DNA from: an uncultured Chloroflexia bacterium
Lineage (GTDB): Bacteria > Chloroflexota > Limnocylindria > QHBO01
Direction of reading: 5' to 3'
Assembly: GCA_963825525.1 (NCBI GenBank)
Contig: CAWGTN010000002.1
Span: 800,001 to 864,000, forward strand
DNA length: 64,000 nt
Numbering within the stretch: position 1 is the stretch's first letter; the number at the start of each line of letters is the position of its first letter. The notes below the pieces were generated by a model that did not search any database, had not been told where the DNA came from, and was given only the letters and a program-made list of their open reading frames with translations. The position numbers were made by a program, and so were the translations under genes. Below, in pieces: positions 10,146 through 20,940 of this stretch.

Positions 10146-13100
10146 CTATCGGAACATCCGTTGCTGCTTCGCCAGGTCGAACGGTTCCGAGGGACCGCCG
10201 AGAGCATCATCGACCGAGCGCAGACGGGTTGCGACGACATTGAGGACGCTGCCCTCCACCTGGAGGCGGCCATCGATGACGAGCAGCGGATGGCGATGGA
10301 GCAGTGCGCGGTGTGCCTGGTAGACCTGGGGACGCAGGGTGACGTTCATCATCCCCGTTTCATCCTCGAGCGCGATGAAGACGAAGTTCTTTGCCGTCAT
10401 CGGATGCTGGATGCTGACCGCCAGGCCGGCCAGCCGGATGATGGCCCGATCGCGTAGCCCGGCCGCATCGGCCACGGTGATCACGCCACGGCCGGTGAGC
10501 CGCTCGCGGAAGAGCTCGACCGCGTGGAGGTTGGGGGACACGCCGGTGTCGCGGTAGTCGGCCGCGACCTTCTCGGCATCGGTCATCGGCGGCAGGGACG
10601 CACCCAGGGCGCGCTGGGCGTCATCGGTCAGACCGAGGGCGGGATGCTCCGGATCCGCATCGGCCAGGGTGGTGCGCAGCTGCCAGAGGAGCTCGCGGCG
10701 CGGCGCATCGGTCCAGTCGAAAGCACCGATGCTGATCAGCCGCTCGACCACCTGCTCGCCGAGCCCCGTCCGCGCCACGAAATCGCGGACGTTCTGGTAC
10801 GGGCCGCGATGCCGTTCGACTTCCAGGACCTCGCGCGCCCGATCGTCGATCCCCTTCACCTGGCGCAGCCCGAGCCGGATGGCCCAGGTGCCGTCGACGC
10901 CGATCCGTCGCGTGTCATGCTCCCAGGCCGATTCATTGACGTCGATCGGCAGCACCCGGATCCCGTGACGCTTCGCGTCGTTGATGACGACCGCGGGCGA
11001 GTAGAAGCCCATCGGCTGGTTATTCAGGACGCCGACGGTGTAGTGCGCCGGGTAGTAGCGCTTGAGCCAGGCCGTGTCGTAGCTGATCTTTGCGAACGCC
11101 GCGGCATGGGCGCGAGCGAAGCCGAACTCGGCAAAGGCGGAGCACTTCTGGAACAGCTCCTCGGCGTCGTGCTCCGTCAGGCCGGTGCGCATGGCGCCAC
11201 CGACGAAACGGCCGCGCTCCGCCTGCATCTTGGCGTGAGAGCGGTGTGAGCCCATGGCCTTGCGGAAGATATCGGCCTCGACCGCGGTGTAGCCGCAGAC
11301 GTCGATGGCGACCTGCATGACCTGCTCCTGGTAGAGGATCACGCCCAGCGTGTCCTCGAGAATGGGCTGCAGGGTGGGATGCGCGTAGGTGACCTCCTCC
11401 TCGCCGGCGCGGCGTCGCAGGTAGGGGTGGACGGCGTTGCCCTGGACCGGGCCGGGCCGGATGATCGCCACCTGGACGACGAGATCCTCGAAGCGCTCGG
11501 GGCGTGCCTTGGGGAGGCTCTGCATCTGGGCGCGGCTCTCGATCTGGAACATGCCGACCGTATCGGCTGCCTGGATTGACCGATAGACCTCGGGGTCGTC
11601 GTGCGGGAGCGAGTCGAGGTCGATGCGTTTGCCCGTATCGCGCTCGATGCGGTCCAGGGCATCGCTCACCACGCCCAGCGTCCGGAGGCTGAGCAGGTCG
11701 ATCTTCACCAGGCCGAGCTGCTCGATGTCCTCCTTGTCGTACTGGGTGACGACCCGGTCGGGCATGGTGGCACGCTCGATCGGGACGAGGTCGATGAGCG
11801 GCGTGCGGGTCACGAGCATGCCGCCGACATGGATGCCCAGGTGGCGCGGAAAGCCGTCGATCTCGGCGCACATGGTGAGGAGCCACTGCCACCGGTTGCG
11901 CGTCGGATGGGCGGAGGCGTGGGCGGGGGCGGGGGCGGGGGCAGTGGTCCCAGGCCGAAATTGCCACATGTCGTTCTGGACGACGTTAGGCGGGCCGTTG
12001 TCTCCCGAACTATCGGTAAATCTATGTCGCCGGACATCGAATTTCGGCTCCGAGCCACCTAACGTCGCTGAGACAGGCAGATGACGATTTCCTGTCCGCG
12101 AGCCCCCGGCTTCGGAGCCCCCCTCCTCCTCGGAGTCCCCAGCACCCTCCGGCACCACCCGCGGACGGCGGCGCTCCTCCACCGGCATTCCGCTCTCCGG
12201 ATCCACCCGAACCAGGGCCTGGCGTCCGCTCGACGGACCCGGTGACCCGTTGTCGCGCGGCGTCGGCAGCCGAAGCTCGGCACCGCTCAGCTCCCCGCTC
12301 CGCGCGTAGCGCTTCGTCGTCTCCGACTCGTGCCGAACGCTCGTGACCGATGCGTCGAGAACCCGAGCCTTCTTCGCCGGATACCAGCCGCCCTCGCTCA
12401 CCGTCCGCGGATCGAGCGTCGGCCGCGGACGCGAGTTCCACGAGGAATCGGAGCTCGGATGCACGTGTCCGGAGCCACGACCGTCGCGCCCGGGTGGGAC
12501 GGCGGCATCGGCCATGTCGACGCCGAGCTCCTCGAACAGCCACGCAAACGAGCCATCCAGCGCCAGGTCACGAGCGACATCGGTCGCGTCCCGGGTGTCG
12601 AGCGCCTTGGCCAGCGCGTCGATCCCCTCGGCCGGGAAGCCGAGCGCCTTGGCCACCTCGCGCACTGCGGAGCGCGCCCGGTACGTGATGATCGTGCAGA
12701 CCATGGCGGCGTGATCGGCGCCGTAGCGGGTGTAGAGGTACTGGATCACCTCCTCGCGCCGGTTCACGTCGAAGTCGATATCGATATCGGGCAGCGCGCG
12801 CGCCTCGTTGATGAAACGCTCGAAGAGGAGCTTGTGCTCGATCGGGTCGACCTTGGTGATGCCCAGGCAGTAGGCCACGATCGAGTCGCCGGCGCTCCCC
12901 CGCCCCTGGCCGATGATCCCGCCCTTGCGAGCGAACTCCATCAGGTCCCACACGATGAGGAAGAACTCGGAGAGGTTGGTGCGGTCGATGATGTCCAGCT
13001 CGTGGGTCAGCTGCGACAGCGCACGCTTGGTAATCGGCCGATAACGGACCCGTAAGCCGTCGTGCGCAAGCTGGTAGAGATATGAGAACGCGGTCTCGCC

Positions 13101-14126
13101 GGCCTTGGCACGGTGAACCCCGGAAACCGATACCGCTCGAAGCCGAGCTCGAGCCGGCAGCGTTCGCCGATGAACGCGCTGCGCGCCATGCCGTCCTCCC
13201 ATGCGCGGCGACTGCGCGCGTCCGGCAGCTGCTCGCCGATGGCGGCCATCTCGTGGCCGGCCTTGAGCCGGTATTCGGCGTTCGGCAGCAGCAGCTCCCG
13301 CGCCTCCTCGAGCGTTGCCCCGTGGCGAATGCAGACGAGGACGTCCTGGAGCCGATGCCCGTGGGAGTCGGCGTAGTGGACCTCGTTCGTGACCACGGTC
13401 GGCAGACCGGCTCCCGCGGCCAGCTCTGCCAGCTGCGCGACGAGCCAGTCATCATCGGCCTCGAGGTGGTGGCTGAGCTCAACGTGGAAGTCGCCATCGG
13501 CGAAATGGCGGCTCCAGGTGCGGGCTGCCTGGAGCGCCGCGGCATGGTCACCGGCGAGGAGAAGCCGCGGACACCTGGCCATTCCGGCACCCGGAGAGGC
13601 CGATGAGGTGCCCGCGCGCCTCGTCGAGCGTCGTGGTCACGAGCGTGCGTTCGAAGACCGGGAACTGCTTTTCGCCCGCCAGGTGGCCGCGTGAGACGAG
13701 GCGACTGAGCGCCGTGTAACCGTCCACGTCTCGCGCAAGAAGGACGAGATGGTCACCGGGAATCGGTCCGGCATGATGCTCTCCGGGCCAGCCGCGGCTC
13801 GCCCTGGCGCCGCGAAGCGGATCGTTCAGCTTCCGGCCCCGCTGAACACGTCGAACCTCCTCGGTGGTGCGCGGGATCGTCAGCTCCAGCCCGATGACCG
13901 GCCGAACCGGTGTGAGCCCGGCCTCGCGGGCGGCGTCGGTCTTGGTCTCCTGGCCGGCCTTCCAGGTTCGGACTGCCGCATACAGGCCGGCGTGGTCGGT
14001 GATGGCCAGCGAGGGCAGGCGGAGCTGTGCTGCGCGGGCAATCAGCTCTTCGGGGTGCGAGGCACCATCGAGGAAGCTGAAATTGCTGTGTGCGTGGAGT
14101 TCGCAGTAGTCGTCCGGCATGCCCAT
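10146..14126 (-). CDS. dnaE2: Error-prone DNA polymerase III alpha subunit; frameshifts near 13580 and 13115; ~210-aa insertion
   Basis: ELHAHSNFSFLDGAS PHP domain, GRGSA, PDIDIDF, GFPRHLGIHVGG, NNQPMGFYSP, LEDETG. Confidence 0.92.
11958..12090. repeat. ~133-bp imperfect palindromic element inside dnaE2
   Basis: CGACGTTAGG (11981-11990) / CCTAACGTCG (12058-12067), imperfect outer arms, internal mini-hairpins; AT-richer than flanks. Confidence 0.6.
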
Positions 14127-14141
14127 CTGGACGGCCGATGA

Positions 14142-14157
14142 TAGAACGTTTGTTCTA
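14142..14157. promoter_or_regulatory. LexA (SOS) box overlapping the dnaE2 -10 (TATCAT, minus strand)
   Basis: TAGAAC-GTTT-GTTCTA fits GAAC-N4-GTTC; same arms upstream of imuA. Confidence 0.85.
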
Positions 14158-14230
14158 AGACGGGAAGACCCGAACCGGATTGCGACCCGCGCCAGATTGA
14201 ACCGATCCCATGACGCCGACGCCATACCCT

Positions 14231-14812
14231 GTGACTGCACCGAGAGCGCGACATGAGGACGGAATGGACGAGCTGGTGGAACGGGCCCGTGCCGGCGACC
14301 ACGACGCCTATGCGGCCGTCATCGGCATGACCATCGATCGGATGCACGCCACCGCCACGCTGATGACTCGCGATCGAGCGCTCGCCGAGGACGCCGTCCA
14401 GGAAGCATGTCTCCGTGCGTGGCGAGATCTCCCCGGCCTGCGCGAGCCGGCGCGCTACGAGGCCTGGATGCGACGCCTCCTCGTCCGCTCCTGTCTCGAC
14501 CTGCTGCGGCGCCAGCGTCGAGGCCCACCCGATCGCCGCGTCGATGCCGGCGACCACTACGCCCGTGACGCGTCCGACGGCGTGGCGCTCCGTGATGCGC
14601 TGGAGCGAGCCTTTCGTCGCCTCACCCCCGAGCATCGGGCCGTCGTGGTCCTCACCCACTACGAGGACCTCTCCATCCTCGAGGTCGCCGATGCTCTGCG
14701 CATCCCGCCGGGGACCGTCAAATCGCGTCTCCATCACGCGCTGCGTGCCATGCGAGCCGCTCTCGAGGCCGATTCGCGCGCGCCCGGCCGCGCGGAAGGA
14801 GAGCTGCAATGA
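14231..14812 (+). CDS. ECF RNA polymerase sigma factor (start 14231 or 14264)
   Basis: AEDAVQEA..RAW region 2; EVADALRIPPGTVKSRLHHA region 4. Confidence 0.9.
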   Translation: MTAPRARHEDGMDELVERARAGDHDAYAAVIGMTIDRMHATATLMTRDRALAEDAVQEACLRAWRDLPGLREPARYEAWMRRLLVRSCLDLLRRQRRGPPDRRVDAGDHYARDASDGVALRDALERAFRRLTPEHRAVVVLTHYEDLSILEVADALRIPPGTVKSRLHHALRAMRAALEADSRAPGRAEGELQ

Positions 14813-16221
14813 CGGACTTCGAGCGTGACCCTGTGATTGCCGAATGGTTGGACGGCGAGGCGCCGAGTGCCGCCGACCCGGCACTCGTCGACCGAATCGT
14901 GTCAGCCAGCGCGCGGTCCCGCCAGAGAAGTGGCCGGCAGATCTGGGTCGCATCGCCCGTCGGGCGAGCGCTCGCCGCTGGGGCAGCCGCGATGGCGATC
15001 GTCCTCGTCGGCTGGATGATCTCAACGTCCGGCCCCCCCATCGGCCCGACGCCGTCGACGGGTCCGTCATCGGCAGCGACGCCCAGTGACCTGGCGACGG
15101 GAACAGCCGCGCCGTCGCCATCGGCATCCGTGCCCGCCCCGAGTCCGTCAATCTCGCCGGTGGACGCCTGGTCGGGCCGCGACATCCCAAACGCCGAAGC
15201 CGGCGGGTGGACCGGAGCAATCCCGCACGATGTCGTTGCGACCGAGGCCGGCCTGGTGGCGGTCGGCGAGGTCTACCCGTGCTGCGCCGACGCCAAGTAT
15301 GAAGACACCTGGCAGGTCGTGATCTGGACCTCACCGGACGGGCGGAGATGGGAGCTCGTGCCGGATCTCGAGACCTTCGGAAAGGCGGGCATGCGTGCCG
15401 TGACGGCGAATGACGCGGGTCTCCTGGTTGCGGCCGGGTACGAGACCGTCCTGCCGACCAACGCTGCACGTGAGCGCGGGCGCCTCTACCAACAGGAAGG
15501 GCGGCTGTGGCGGAGCAGCAACGGGACGGATTGGATCTCGCTCCCCGCCCCCGCCGCCGGTGGGTTCGCTGACATCGGCTGGAGCTCCTCGGGATGGGTC
15601 GCAGCGGGAACGGTCGTGGACGAGGCGGGCGAAGAGACTTCCGCAATCTTCACCTCATCCGACCTGGCGAGCTGGTCGACGGTGGACATGGGTCCCGGCT
15701 ACTTCGGGCATGTGGCGACGGATGGCGCAGGCCGCGTCGTGGCCGTCGGCTGTCTCGGCCCGCGGGGCGACTGCCAGACGAGGGCCATGGCCCGAGGCGA
15801 CGGGATCGAATGGAGTGCCTCCGACCTGGACGGCACGGTCTCGTCGGTCATCGGACTGCCCGACGGCGGCTTCGTGGCAGTCGGCGAGTGGTCGCAGCAA
15901 CCGGCGGCATGGTCCAGCGCCGATGGCATCACCTGGCAGCCACGGCACTTCACCGACCGGAATGCCACCGGCTTCTCCGCCATCGCCCTCGACGGCCAGG
16001 GCGTGGTCGCGACCGGTGTCCCGGCGCGCACCACCGATGCGGTCGGGGTGTGGTCCTCGGTCGATGCGGGCCAGCTCTGGACGCAGGTGGCCGAGCTCGA
16101 GCTGGTTGCCGGCGCAATAGAGACCCGGATCACGGCCGCTGCGTACCGCGACGCGCAGTACATCGTGCTCGGAACCGTGTTCGACACAGGGGGCCGGCCA
16201 GCCGCCTGGCACGGCCCCTAG
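14809..16221 (+). CDS. Putative membrane anti-sigma factor with Ser/Pro linker and beta-propeller-like ectodomain
   Basis: Coupled to the ECF gene; one TM helix; repeated W.S.DG..W Asp-box-like motifs. Confidence 0.7.
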   Translation: MTDFERDPVIAEWLDGEAPSAADPALVDRIVSASARSRQRSGRQIWVASPVGRALAAGAAAMAIVLVGWMISTSGPPIGPTPSTGPSSAATPSDLATGTAAPSPSASVPAPSPSISPVDAWSGRDIPNAEAGGWTGAIPHDVVATEAGLVAVGEVYPCCADAKYEDTWQVVIWTSPDGRRWELVPDLETFGKAGMRAVTANDAGLLVAAGYETVLPTNAARERGRLYQQEGRLWRSSNGTDWISLPAPAAGGFADIGWSSSGWVAAGTVVDEAGEETSAIFTSSDLASWSTVDMGPGYFGHVATDGAGRVVAVGCLGPRGDCQTRAMARGDGIEWSASDLDGTVSSVIGLPDGGFVAVGEWSQQPAAWSSADGITWQPRHFTDRNATGFSAIALDGQGVVATGVPARTTDAVGVWSSVDAGQLWTQVAELELVAGAIETRITAAAYRDAQYIVLGTVFDTGGRPAAWHGP

Positions 16222-16239
16222 AGAGGAGGCCGGGGCCGG

Positions 16240-16650
16240 TCAGCCACCCGTCGCGGTGAGCGTGATCACGACGTCGACGAGCTCCCCACACGGGATGTCG
16301 ACGATGGTCGTCGCCGGGGCATAGTGCGCATCGACCGTCGAGATCGTGAACCGGCCGGCGACGTCGGTCGCCTCGAACTTGCCGTCGGATCCGGTCCGCG
16401 TCGAACCGGTGAACCCGTCGCCGGCCACGACCTGGATGAAGATGTCGTCGAGCGGCGTCCCATCGGTGTCGGTGACCAACCCGTCGATTCCACCGCCCGA
16501 CACGTCGTCCCGCCCGCATGCCACCACGGAGGGGGACGGCGCGGCAGGTTCGGATGACGGCGCGGAGTTGCACGAGGCCAGCGCAACCACGAACGCAACG
16601 GCCAAGGCCGGAAGCCAGCGCCCGGCGTATCTGTGGGTCGAGATGGACAT
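16240..16650 (-). CDS. Lipoprotein with carboxypeptidase regulatory-like (transthyretin-fold) domain
   Basis: Lipobox LASC; IDGLVTDTDGTPL...TGSDGKF pattern. Confidence 0.72.
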   Translation of the reverse strand: MSISTHRYAGRWLPALAVAFVVALASCNSAPSSEPAAPSPSVVACGRDDVSGGGIDGLVTDTDGTPLDDIFIQVVAGDGFTGSTRTGSDGKFEATDVAGRFTISTVDAHYAPATTIVDIPCGELVDVVITLTATGG

Positions 16651-16699
16651 CGCGCACAGTATGCCGAGGCTCGGCCGGCCGTGCCAATTGGCCGATGCC

Positions 16700-17953
16700 T
16701 CAGGCCGGACGCGGAACGGCGACGCCCCTGCGCCCGACGAGCAGGATCGTCGCCGCGGGCACGAGCAGTGCGCCCGCCACCAGGGCGAGGGTCGCGTAGG
16801 ACGTCCATGCCAGCACGAATCCTGAGGCCAGGCCGGCGCCCGCGGCCGATGTCCAGATCAGCCCATCGGCGAGGCCCTGGACCCGTGTCCGTTCTCCAAG
16901 CTCCAGCCCGCGCGTCAGCATGGCTGAACCGGCCACGAACCCGAGGTTCCACCCGTAGCCGAGAAGGAACAGGGCCGCGATCAAGAGGATGCTGCTCTCC
17001 GGCGGGCTCACCGCAGCGAGGATCGCCGCGATCAGAAGGATTCCGAGCCCGGCGCCGATGACCGGTGGGCTCCCGAATCGATCGGTCAGGCGGCCGGACA
17101 ATGGCGACAGCGCGAACATTCCGAAGACGTGCGCCGAGAGGACGATCCCGACCGTCCCCAGGCCATGCCCATGCTCGGCGAGGTGCAGTGGCGTCATCGT
17201 CATGATGAGCATCATCACGACCTGGCCGGTCGCCAGGGTCGCGAACGCCACCATGACCGCCGGCCGGCGGATCAGCTCCCTGAGCGGTGCCGACGACGGG
17301 GTGGACGTCCCGGCGATCGGGGTCGAGGCACTCACCAGGCTGAAGGGTTCGGGACGCAGGAAGACGAAGGCGACCAGCAGTGCCAGCCCGATGAAGACCG
17401 CCGTCGTCGCGTACGTGCCGGCCAGCGGCGGAAGCCCCATGGATGCTGCGATCTCGCCTGCCGGCCCCACCAGATTAGGACCTGCCACGGCGCCCACGGT
17501 CGCACCCCAGACAACGAGGCCGATCGTGCTCGCCCGCTTCTCAGGCGGGAACAGGTCGGCGGCCACGTACCGACCCAGCTGGGCCGAGCCGTTGGCGAAC
17601 CCCGCCAGCGCGCTTCCGGCCAGGAGCAGCGGCAACGACGCACCCAACACCCCGACCAGGGCAATTCCACCACCCACCATGCCGATCGTCACGCCGAGCA
17701 ACATGCCGCGCCGACGCCCGACCCGGAGCATGACGATCGAAAGCAGGCTTGCAGCTGCGGCAGTTCCGAGGGTGCTCAGGGCCGTGGGCAGTCCGCCGGA
17801 GGCTGCGCCGCCGGCGATATCCGCGGCCGCCAGCGTCCCGGCAGTGACGGCCGCGAGGTAGCCGGTACTCCCGAGAGCGGAGATCGTGAACAGCGTCCAG
17901 ACGATCCGTCGCCGTGCCGCCACGAGCGGGTCGGAGGTGACGCTCGCAGTCAT
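16700..17953 (-). CDS. MFS transporter
   Basis: ~12 TM helices; RVGRRRG and GRLTDRFG motifs. Confidence 0.9.
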   Translation of the reverse strand: MTASVTSDPLVAARRRIVWTLFTISALGSTGYLAAVTAGTLAAADIAGGAASGGLPTALSTLGTAAAASLLSIVMLRVGRRRGMLLGVTIGMVGGGIALVGVLGASLPLLLAGSALAGFANGSAQLGRYVAADLFPPEKRASTIGLVVWGATVGAVAGPNLVGPAGEIAASMGLPPLAGTYATTAVFIGLALLVAFVFLRPEPFSLVSASTPIAGTSTPSSAPLRELIRRPAVMVAFATLATGQVVMMLIMTMTPLHLAEHGHGLGTVGIVLSAHVFGMFALSPLSGRLTDRFGSPPVIGAGLGILLIAAILAAVSPPESSILLIAALFLLGYGWNLGFVAGSAMLTRGLELGERTRVQGLADGLIWTSAAGAGLASGFVLAWTSYATLALVAGALLVPAATILLVGRRGVAVPRPA

Positions 17954-18807
17954 CCGTTCACGAAGCGTTCGAGAAATTGGCGCGGATACAGCCCGCTCGC
18001 CCGCAGCTCAGCTGCCGCGTCTCTCCCGATCCAGCGGTAATGCCACGGTTCGTACGAGAAGCAGGTCGACGCCTGGCTGCCAGCCGGGTAGCTCATGACG
18101 AAACCATATTCCCATCCGTGCGCCGCCATCCACGCGCCCTCGGGCGATTCGACGGCCCAGTCACCGAACCGTCCACCCCAGCCGGGCGACGACAGGTCCA
18201 GCGCCGTCCCAAGCTGATGTTCCGAGTGACCCGGGCGCGCGCTGCGCGCCAGGGCTGCCGCGTAGCCCAGCCGTGCGACCCAGCTGTTGAAGGTCGAGCT
18301 CTGGCTTCCGTACGACCGATACGCCGAGTCGATGATCACCGTGAGCCCGGCCGCCTTCCACGCCGCGGCCATCGCCGCCAGGTCATCGAGCATGGCAGCC
18401 CGCACGAGCTTGGTACCCGATGCGCCCCCCAGCCCCGCCGCCGACGCGGCCACCAGATCCGGCGGCACATACCCGGCCGGCAACGCGTAGGTCCGATCCA
18501 GGACCACCAGGTTGAGATCAGCGGCCGACGGCGCGGCGAGGTCTCGGTCGACGCAGTGATCGGCGACCAGTGCGGCGCGGAACGACGCGACCATGGCCGG
18601 CTCGGGCGGACGGACGGTTGCGCCCCTGGCCACCACGCGTTCCGGACCGAGTACCGCATCGGGCCTCGGCGATGCTGCCTCGGTGCCCGTCGGAACAATC
18701 GAGGGGTCGAGACGCGGCGATGGCGCGTCGCCGCCGGAGCAGGCGTTCACGACCAATGCCACGGCTATCAGGCCGCTGCCGAGGAAGGAGCGCACGCCGC
18801 GCCTCAT
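17950..18807 (-). CDS. VanY/M15B D-Ala-D-Ala carboxypeptidase lipoprotein
   Basis: SAYRSY, SARPGHSEHQLGTALD, YEPWHYRW. Confidence 0.88.
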   Translation of the reverse strand: MRRGVRSFLGSGLIAVALVVNACSGGDAPSPRLDPSIVPTGTEAASPRPDAVLGPERVVARGATVRPPEPAMVASFRAALVADHCVDRDLAAPSAADLNLVVLDRTYALPAGYVPPDLVAASAAGLGGASGTKLVRAAMLDDLAAMAAAWKAAGLTVIIDSAYRSYGSQSSTFNSWVARLGYAAALARSARPGHSEHQLGTALDLSSPGWGGRFGDWAVESPEGAWMAAHGWEYGFVMSYPAGSQASTCFSYEPWHYRWIGRDAAAELRASGLYPRQFLERFVNG

Positions 18808-19697
18808 GCCGGCGCCAGGTGCTCGAGGGTCGCCATGTTCTCCGTGGTCCCGTCCGCCGCGAGCGGGATGATCGCCACGTGGTCGGCGCCGGCGGCATGC
18901 ATCAGCCCAATCCTGTCGCGCGCCTCGTCAATGGAGCCGATCGCGACCATCGCCTCGACCAGGCGGTCACTCCCCGGGGGCTCCCAGTCCGTGGCCTCGA
19001 AGCCCTGGAGCTCCCATGATGCCTGGTAGGTGGGCGTTCGCAGGTACGGCCTGAGATAGGCGCGCGCGGCGTCTCGATTGTCAACGTGTCCGATGGCCAC
19101 CGGCAGGGTCACGGCGAGACGCGGACGCGACTCGCCGCCCACCGCGTCGAGTCGGCCCCGCATCCACGCCACCCGCTCCGCGGTGACCAGGTACGGCAGC
19201 GCACCATCGGCTTCGCTGGCGGCCAGGTCGGTCATGCGTTCGCGAAGGGCCGCGAGCATGACCGGCGGCTCGTGCCCGGGATCGGATGACGGTCCGCGAT
19301 AGATTGCCGATCGGTACGCGGCCAGGTATTCGCGCATGCGCGTGAGCGGACGTTCGAAGTGGTGCCCTCGCAGCTTTCCGGCCAGGTGCGGATGACTGAC
19401 GCCCAGGCCCAGCACGAATCGACCGCCGCTTGCCTCCGCCAGTGTTCCGGCCGCCATCCGGGTCGTCTGGGCGTCGCGGCCCCAGATGCTCACGATGCTC
19501 GTCGCCAGGATGATGCGGTCGGTTCCCCCCGCGAGAAGGGCCAGCAGAGCGATCGGCTCGCGGCCGACGGTCTCGGGAACCCAGAGCGTCCCGTACCCCA
19601 GCGCCTCCGCCCGCTGGACGTACGCCGTCGCGTCGGCAGCGTTGAGCGAGTCGAGGTGACCCCACACGCCGAGCGTCCCGAGATCGAAGTCCGTCAT
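18804..19697 (-). CDS. Luciferase-like monooxygenase (LLM) family oxidoreductase, probably F420-dependent
   Basis: AEALGYGTLWVPE, GGRFVLGLGVSH, AGADHVAI. Confidence 0.85.
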   Translation of the reverse strand: MTDFDLGTLGVWGHLDSLNAADATAYVQRAEALGYGTLWVPETVGREPIALLALLAGGTDRIILATSIVSIWGRDAQTTRMAAGTLAEASGGRFVLGLGVSHPHLAGKLRGHHFERPLTRMREYLAAYRSAIYRGPSSDPGHEPPVMLAALRERMTDLAASEADGALPYLVTAERVAWMRGRLDAVGGESRPRLAVTLPVAIGHVDNRDAARAYLRPYLRTPTYQASWELQGFEATDWEPPGSDRLVEAMVAIGSIDEARDRIGLMHAAGADHVAIIPLAADGTTENMATLEHLAPA

Positions 19698-20479
19698 GAG
19701 CCGATGCTAGCCGCAGCCTCGAATCGGTAACGGAGAAAGAGCTCGCTCTCGTGCCGCAGGACACTCGTCAAGCGGCCCGTGCGCGGAGTGCCGGCGAACG
19801 GCGATGCCGGACGAATCGGCGCGATCATGGACAAAGCATCGGTCCCCAGCAGATGCGCCCCGACGGTCCAATACACCTCGTCGATGAGGTCGGCGGCGAG
19901 GAACGAAGCATTCAGCCCGGGACCACCTTCCAGCAGCAGGGAGCGGACGCCACGCTCGGCTAGGACGGCCAGCACCTCGGCCGGTTCGGGTCGCTCGCCC
20001 GCAACCCGGATGAGCTCAGTGCCGGCCGGGGCATGGTGGACCGGACTTTCGGCGCCGACCACCAGCAGGCGCGGCTCATCGCCCTCGAACCACGATGCCT
20101 CCAGGGGCACGGGACCACCGCCGGCAATCACGATGCCGATGGGATTCGGCGTTCGGCCGAGGGCCTCACGCCGTTCGGCGAGGTCGTTCCCGACTCGCAG
20201 CCATATCCCGGTTGCCCGCAGCGTTCCGACTCCGCTGCCCACGGCGTCGAAGGCGGCGCGATAGAGGCGCATGAGTCGCCGATCGGCGCGGCTGCCCAGA
20301 CCCTCCGCCGTGCCGTTGAGCTGAGCCCGCCCGTCGATGCTCGTCACCATATTGATGGCGACGGACGGCCGTCCGGGTGGGGCCGCCGGCGGCACGAAAT
20401 CGGCCATGACGGCATCGAGGTCCTGGTCCGCCGACGGATCCGGCCAGAGTCGATCGACTCGGTATCGGTGAGGCTGCAT
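19694..20479 (-). CDS. RibD C-terminal / dihydrofolate reductase family protein
   Basis: NMVTSIDGR, GVGTLR, LLLEGGPGL motifs. Confidence 0.85.
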   Translation of the reverse strand: MQPHRYRVDRLWPDPSADQDLDAVMADFVPPAAPPGRPSVAINMVTSIDGRAQLNGTAEGLGSRADRRLMRLYRAAFDAVGSGVGTLRATGIWLRVGNDLAERREALGRTPNPIGIVIAGGGPVPLEASWFEGDEPRLLVVGAESPVHHAPAGTELIRVAGERPEPAEVLAVLAERGVRSLLLEGGPGLNASFLAADLIDEVYWTVGAHLLGTDALSMIAPIRPASPFAGTPRTGRLTSVLRHESELFLRYRFEAAASIGS

Positions 20480-20489
20480 CGAGCCGATG

Positions 20490-20903
20490 CTAGACCGGGC
20501 GGTGCTCCTCTGCCGCCGCCAGCTGCTCCTCGTCCCACGCAATGTGGACGTTCGACGATGTGAGTCGAGTCACGGAGTCCGCCGGGACCACGTGGACCTT
20601 GCCGTCCCGATAGGACGTGACGGCAACGCCATGAAAGATGTTCTCGGTCTCGGTCCCCAGCATCTCGCTGACGCGGCCCAGCTCCTCGCCGGCCGGTCCC
20701 ACGACAAGGGTGTCTGCCTCGACATACGCCCAGGCGACCGGGTCGTCGGGCCCGGGGAGATCGAGCTCCGCGGCCTCCGGCTCACCCGAGCCACCGGTGT
20801 TGCCCGCGCTGTCGCCAGGCGGCAGTCGGTCCTGGTCCGGATCGAGGCCGCCCTTCATGCCCGGGTCATCGATGGCCCCTGGCTGCCGATCAAAATCGTT
20901 CAT
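20490..20903 (-). CDS. Acidic PRC-barrel-like (DUF2171-like) protein
   Basis: DPVAW..V...T.VVG..GEELGRV..MLG....IFHG pattern; leaderless -10 TAGGGT. Confidence 0.6.
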   Translation of the reverse strand: MNDFDRQPGAIDDPGMKGGLDPDQDRLPPGDSAGNTGGSGEPEAAELDLPGPDDPVAWAYVEADTLVVGPAGEELGRVSEMLGTETENIFHGVAVTSYRDGKVHVVPADSVTRLTSSNVHIAWDEEQLAAAEEHRPV

Positions 20904-20940
20904 GCCTCCACCCTATCGCACGTCGGATGCCCGATACGAC

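Noticed and set aside
11890-12530. Intein in DnaE2
   Set aside because: No N-terminal C/S block, no HN-C/S/T junction and no LAGLIDADG motifs; the insert is low-complexity.
17950-18807. Vancomycin resistance cluster
   Set aside because: Lone VanY-like peptidase without vanHAX or vanRS.
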